DNA of 63,487 nt, the filler included, from Octopus bimaculoides (Eukaryota): assembly GCF_001194135.2 (NCBI RefSeq). It is 6 parts of 4 records of this genome, joined end to end, with 100 filler letters (N's around TTAATTAATTAA, not from the genome) between each part and the next. Parts side by side here need not be neighbours in the genome. Positions count along the whole stretch, not along the records: positions 51,141 to 61,757 come from NC_068981.1; positions 61,858 to 63,487 come from NW_026322850.1; 4 more parts are not named here. One strand, written 5' to 3'. Below, piece after piece: positions 61,257-63,487 of this stretch. The notes under the pieces are model-generated. The model made no database searches. It saw nothing but the letters and a program-made list of their open reading frames with translations, and was not told the DNA's origin. Both the position numbers and the translations under genes were made by a program. How positions within the stretch are numbered: position 1 is the stretch's first letter; every line of letters begins with the position of its first letter.

Positions 61257-61520
61257 CAGTGGTTCTCAAACTTTTTGGGCCTGCCGCTCACTTGGCACCC
61301 AATCCACTTTCCTAGCCCCCCACCAACTAACTTTCCACCACAAACATAGACCTCTTTCTGAAGCAAATTCAAAGTCACTGCATTTCACAAATAAAACTTT
61401 ACCTAATTAATCTATTATTTTGTTTTGACATCAATCGTCCCCTTTTGGTTACCCCATTATCACCCCACTTTTCTTCAACCGCCCCCAAGGAGACAGTACT
61501 GCCCACTTTGGGAACTACTG
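61257..61520. mobile_element. hAT (Charlie-like) MITE
   Basis: TIRs CAGTGGTTCTCAAA / CAGTAGTTCCCAAA (12/14); 8-bp TSD GTATAAAC / GTATTAAC. Confidence 0.85.
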
Positions 61521-61589
61521 GTATTAACAAGCAACAAACACCCACCTGTTGAGTAGCTTATAATCCGATGGGTTAAATACACATTTATT

Positions 61590-61694
61590 ATTCTTAAACA
61601 AGAACATTATTGACAATGACATCGAAATTTTGGTCAGCTTCATGATGTGACCGAAACCTCGAAGTCATTGTCAATGATATTCTTGTTTAAGAAT
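61590..61694. repeat. Long imperfect palindrome (47-bp arms, 11-nt loop), same family as 12261-12444
   Basis: 41/47 arm identity; includes the GAAAC.TCGAAGTC motif. Confidence 0.85.
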
Positions 61695-61701
61695 TACACA
61701 C

Positions 61702-61757
<56 letters not shown>

Positions 61758-61977
61758 NNNNNNNNNNNNNNNNNNNNNNNNNNNNNNNNNNNNNNNNNNN
61801 NTTAATTAATTAANNNNNNNNNNNNNNNNNNNNNNNNNNNNNNNNNNNNNNNNNNNNATAATAATAATAATAATAATGATAATAATAATAATAATGATAA
61901 TAATAATAAAAATAATGAAAATAAGAATGATGTTGATTGTAATAATAATAATAATAATAGTAATAATAATAATAATG

Positions 61978-62008
<31 letters not shown>

Positions 62009-62367
62009 TGATGATAATAAAGTAATAGACTTAGAGCTAAAGAAAGGAAAAATGAGGAAAGAAAGAGAGGAACAAAAATAGGTTTACAATAATCTTTTCT
62101 TTTTTTTTTTCTTTCTTTTTTTTGCTTTTCGTTTTCATTCGCAAATCGCCTTCTGCTAATGAAGTCGCCATTTTGCTTGAAATATTTTTCTTTAGTTTTC
62201 TCCAATATTCTTCTTGTTGCTGTTGTTGTGGCTTGCTTTCTTTTGCTTGTGTATGTTTCATACTTATTTTTTTGTTTGATTTGCAGCAATAATATCTCTT
62301 GTTTGCGTTAAATTATACATTTTTTTTTCATTTATTCATTATTGTGTTATTTAATTTCATCTTTCTC

Positions 62368-62406
<39 letters not shown>

Positions 62407-62897
62407 CATTATTATCATTATTATTATTATTATTATTATTTTTGCTGTTTTATTCCCATTATATTTCATTACGGTTTTCATTATTACATTTTCTTCATAT
62501 TTAAAAATTTATTTATTTATACATTTATTTCGTAATTTGTTTGCGTGTTAATTTGTCGCTGTTTGCTTACCCCTCTGGAACACGTAGCCCGAGGGATACT
62601 CCGCCGTTTCATTCTTTGCGTGTGTGTGTGTGTGCGTGAGGTCATCCAGTGTCACCGTCGTCGTCGTCACTACCATCACCATAGTCATTAACATCGCCAT
62701 TGTTGTCATCATGATCCTTGTCTTCGTCGTCATCGTCGACGTCATCACCACTACCATCATTGTCATCGCCACCGTCGTTGTCATCATCATAGTCATCGTC
62801 ATCCTTCCCGCTACCTTTTCCTTCCTTCTTAGAAGCCAACACTGCCATCCTTCTATTAAACATACACACGCACACATATATATGCTAGATGTGCTAA

Positions 62898-62929
<32 letters not shown>

Positions 62930-62934
62930 ACATC

Positions 62935-63215
62935 AGTTACACACTGGGGTCGATGTAATCGACTTAATCCCTTCGTCTATCCTTGTTTGTCCCCCTCTAT
63001 GTTTAGCCCCTTGTGGGCAATAAAGAAATAAGAAACGTTAACACGGTGTGCGAAATGCTTGGCGGTATTTCGTCTGAGTTCAAATTCCGCCATGGTCGTC
63101 TTTGCCTTTTATTCTTTTGGGGTCGATAAATTAAGTACCAGTTGCGTACTGAGGTCGATCAACTCGATTGCCCCCCCTCCCCAAAAAATTTCGGGCCTTG
63201 TGCTTAGATTAGCAA
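62935..63215 (+). mobile_element. SINE A (tail variant 2) 3' end nested in the head of another SINE A (tail variant 1)
   Basis: The variant-2 tail ends at AGAAACGTTA, which is the head sequence of the host copy. Confidence 0.72.
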
Positions 63216-63389
63216 AAAATAAGGTATTTCGGAAAATGTCGCCGAGAACATCAAATCTCATTTTTATATTATGCTGTGGGACGGTGTTGGTTTTTGAAGT
63301 CGAATTTATCGTCGACGAAGTAATTATTTGTAGGTAAGAAGCCCTTTTCCTTATTGCTGTCGTTGTACTTTCATTCATCTTAATATGCG

Positions 63390-63487
63390 AAGGCGGCCAG
63401 CCAGCAGAATCGTTAGCACCCAGGGCAAAATGCTTCGCGTTCTGAGTTCAAATTCCGCCGAGGCCGACTTTGCCTTTCATCGTTTCG
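63390..63487 (+). mobile_element. SINE A, cut by the window end
   Basis: AAGGCGG..CAGAATCGTTAGCAC..GAGTTCAAATTCCGCCGAGG. Confidence 0.8.

Overview
Eukaryotic, AT-rich, microsatellite-laden, gap-riddled draft-assembly DNA. It is most likely an octopus genome (inference from the tRNA/CORE/Meta-type SINE families and repeat load). The only host coding sequence I can support is one 268-bp internal exon of a T-box transcription factor gene (59714-59981, + strand, AG...GT boundaries). Its neighbouring exons are not visible, so most of the window is intron or intergenic DNA. The rest is a transposon landscape: at least four tRNA-derived SINE families (many with target-site duplications), R2-superfamily (R4/Dong-like) and RTE LINE fragments, two Mag-like Ty3/Gypsy remnants, a Penelope RT fragment, Tigger and Tc1/mariner fossils, and mariner and hAT MITEs. 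Most ORF-track entries are microsatellite or N-gap artefacts. The most unusual signal is a set of minimal type-I hammerhead-ribozyme motifs with palindromic stem III, from several distinct families (7.7, 12.3, 22.1, 51.6, 61.1, 61.6 kb). The best one (51589-51634) has an intact catalytic core and sits in a ~280-nt element that also carries a tRNA-like Pol III head, abutted head-to-head by an inverted, internally deleted copy of itself: a candidate ribozyme-bearing SINE using Penelope-type machinery. All family assignments come from motif recognition by eye, with no database searches; many TE boundaries are approximate.
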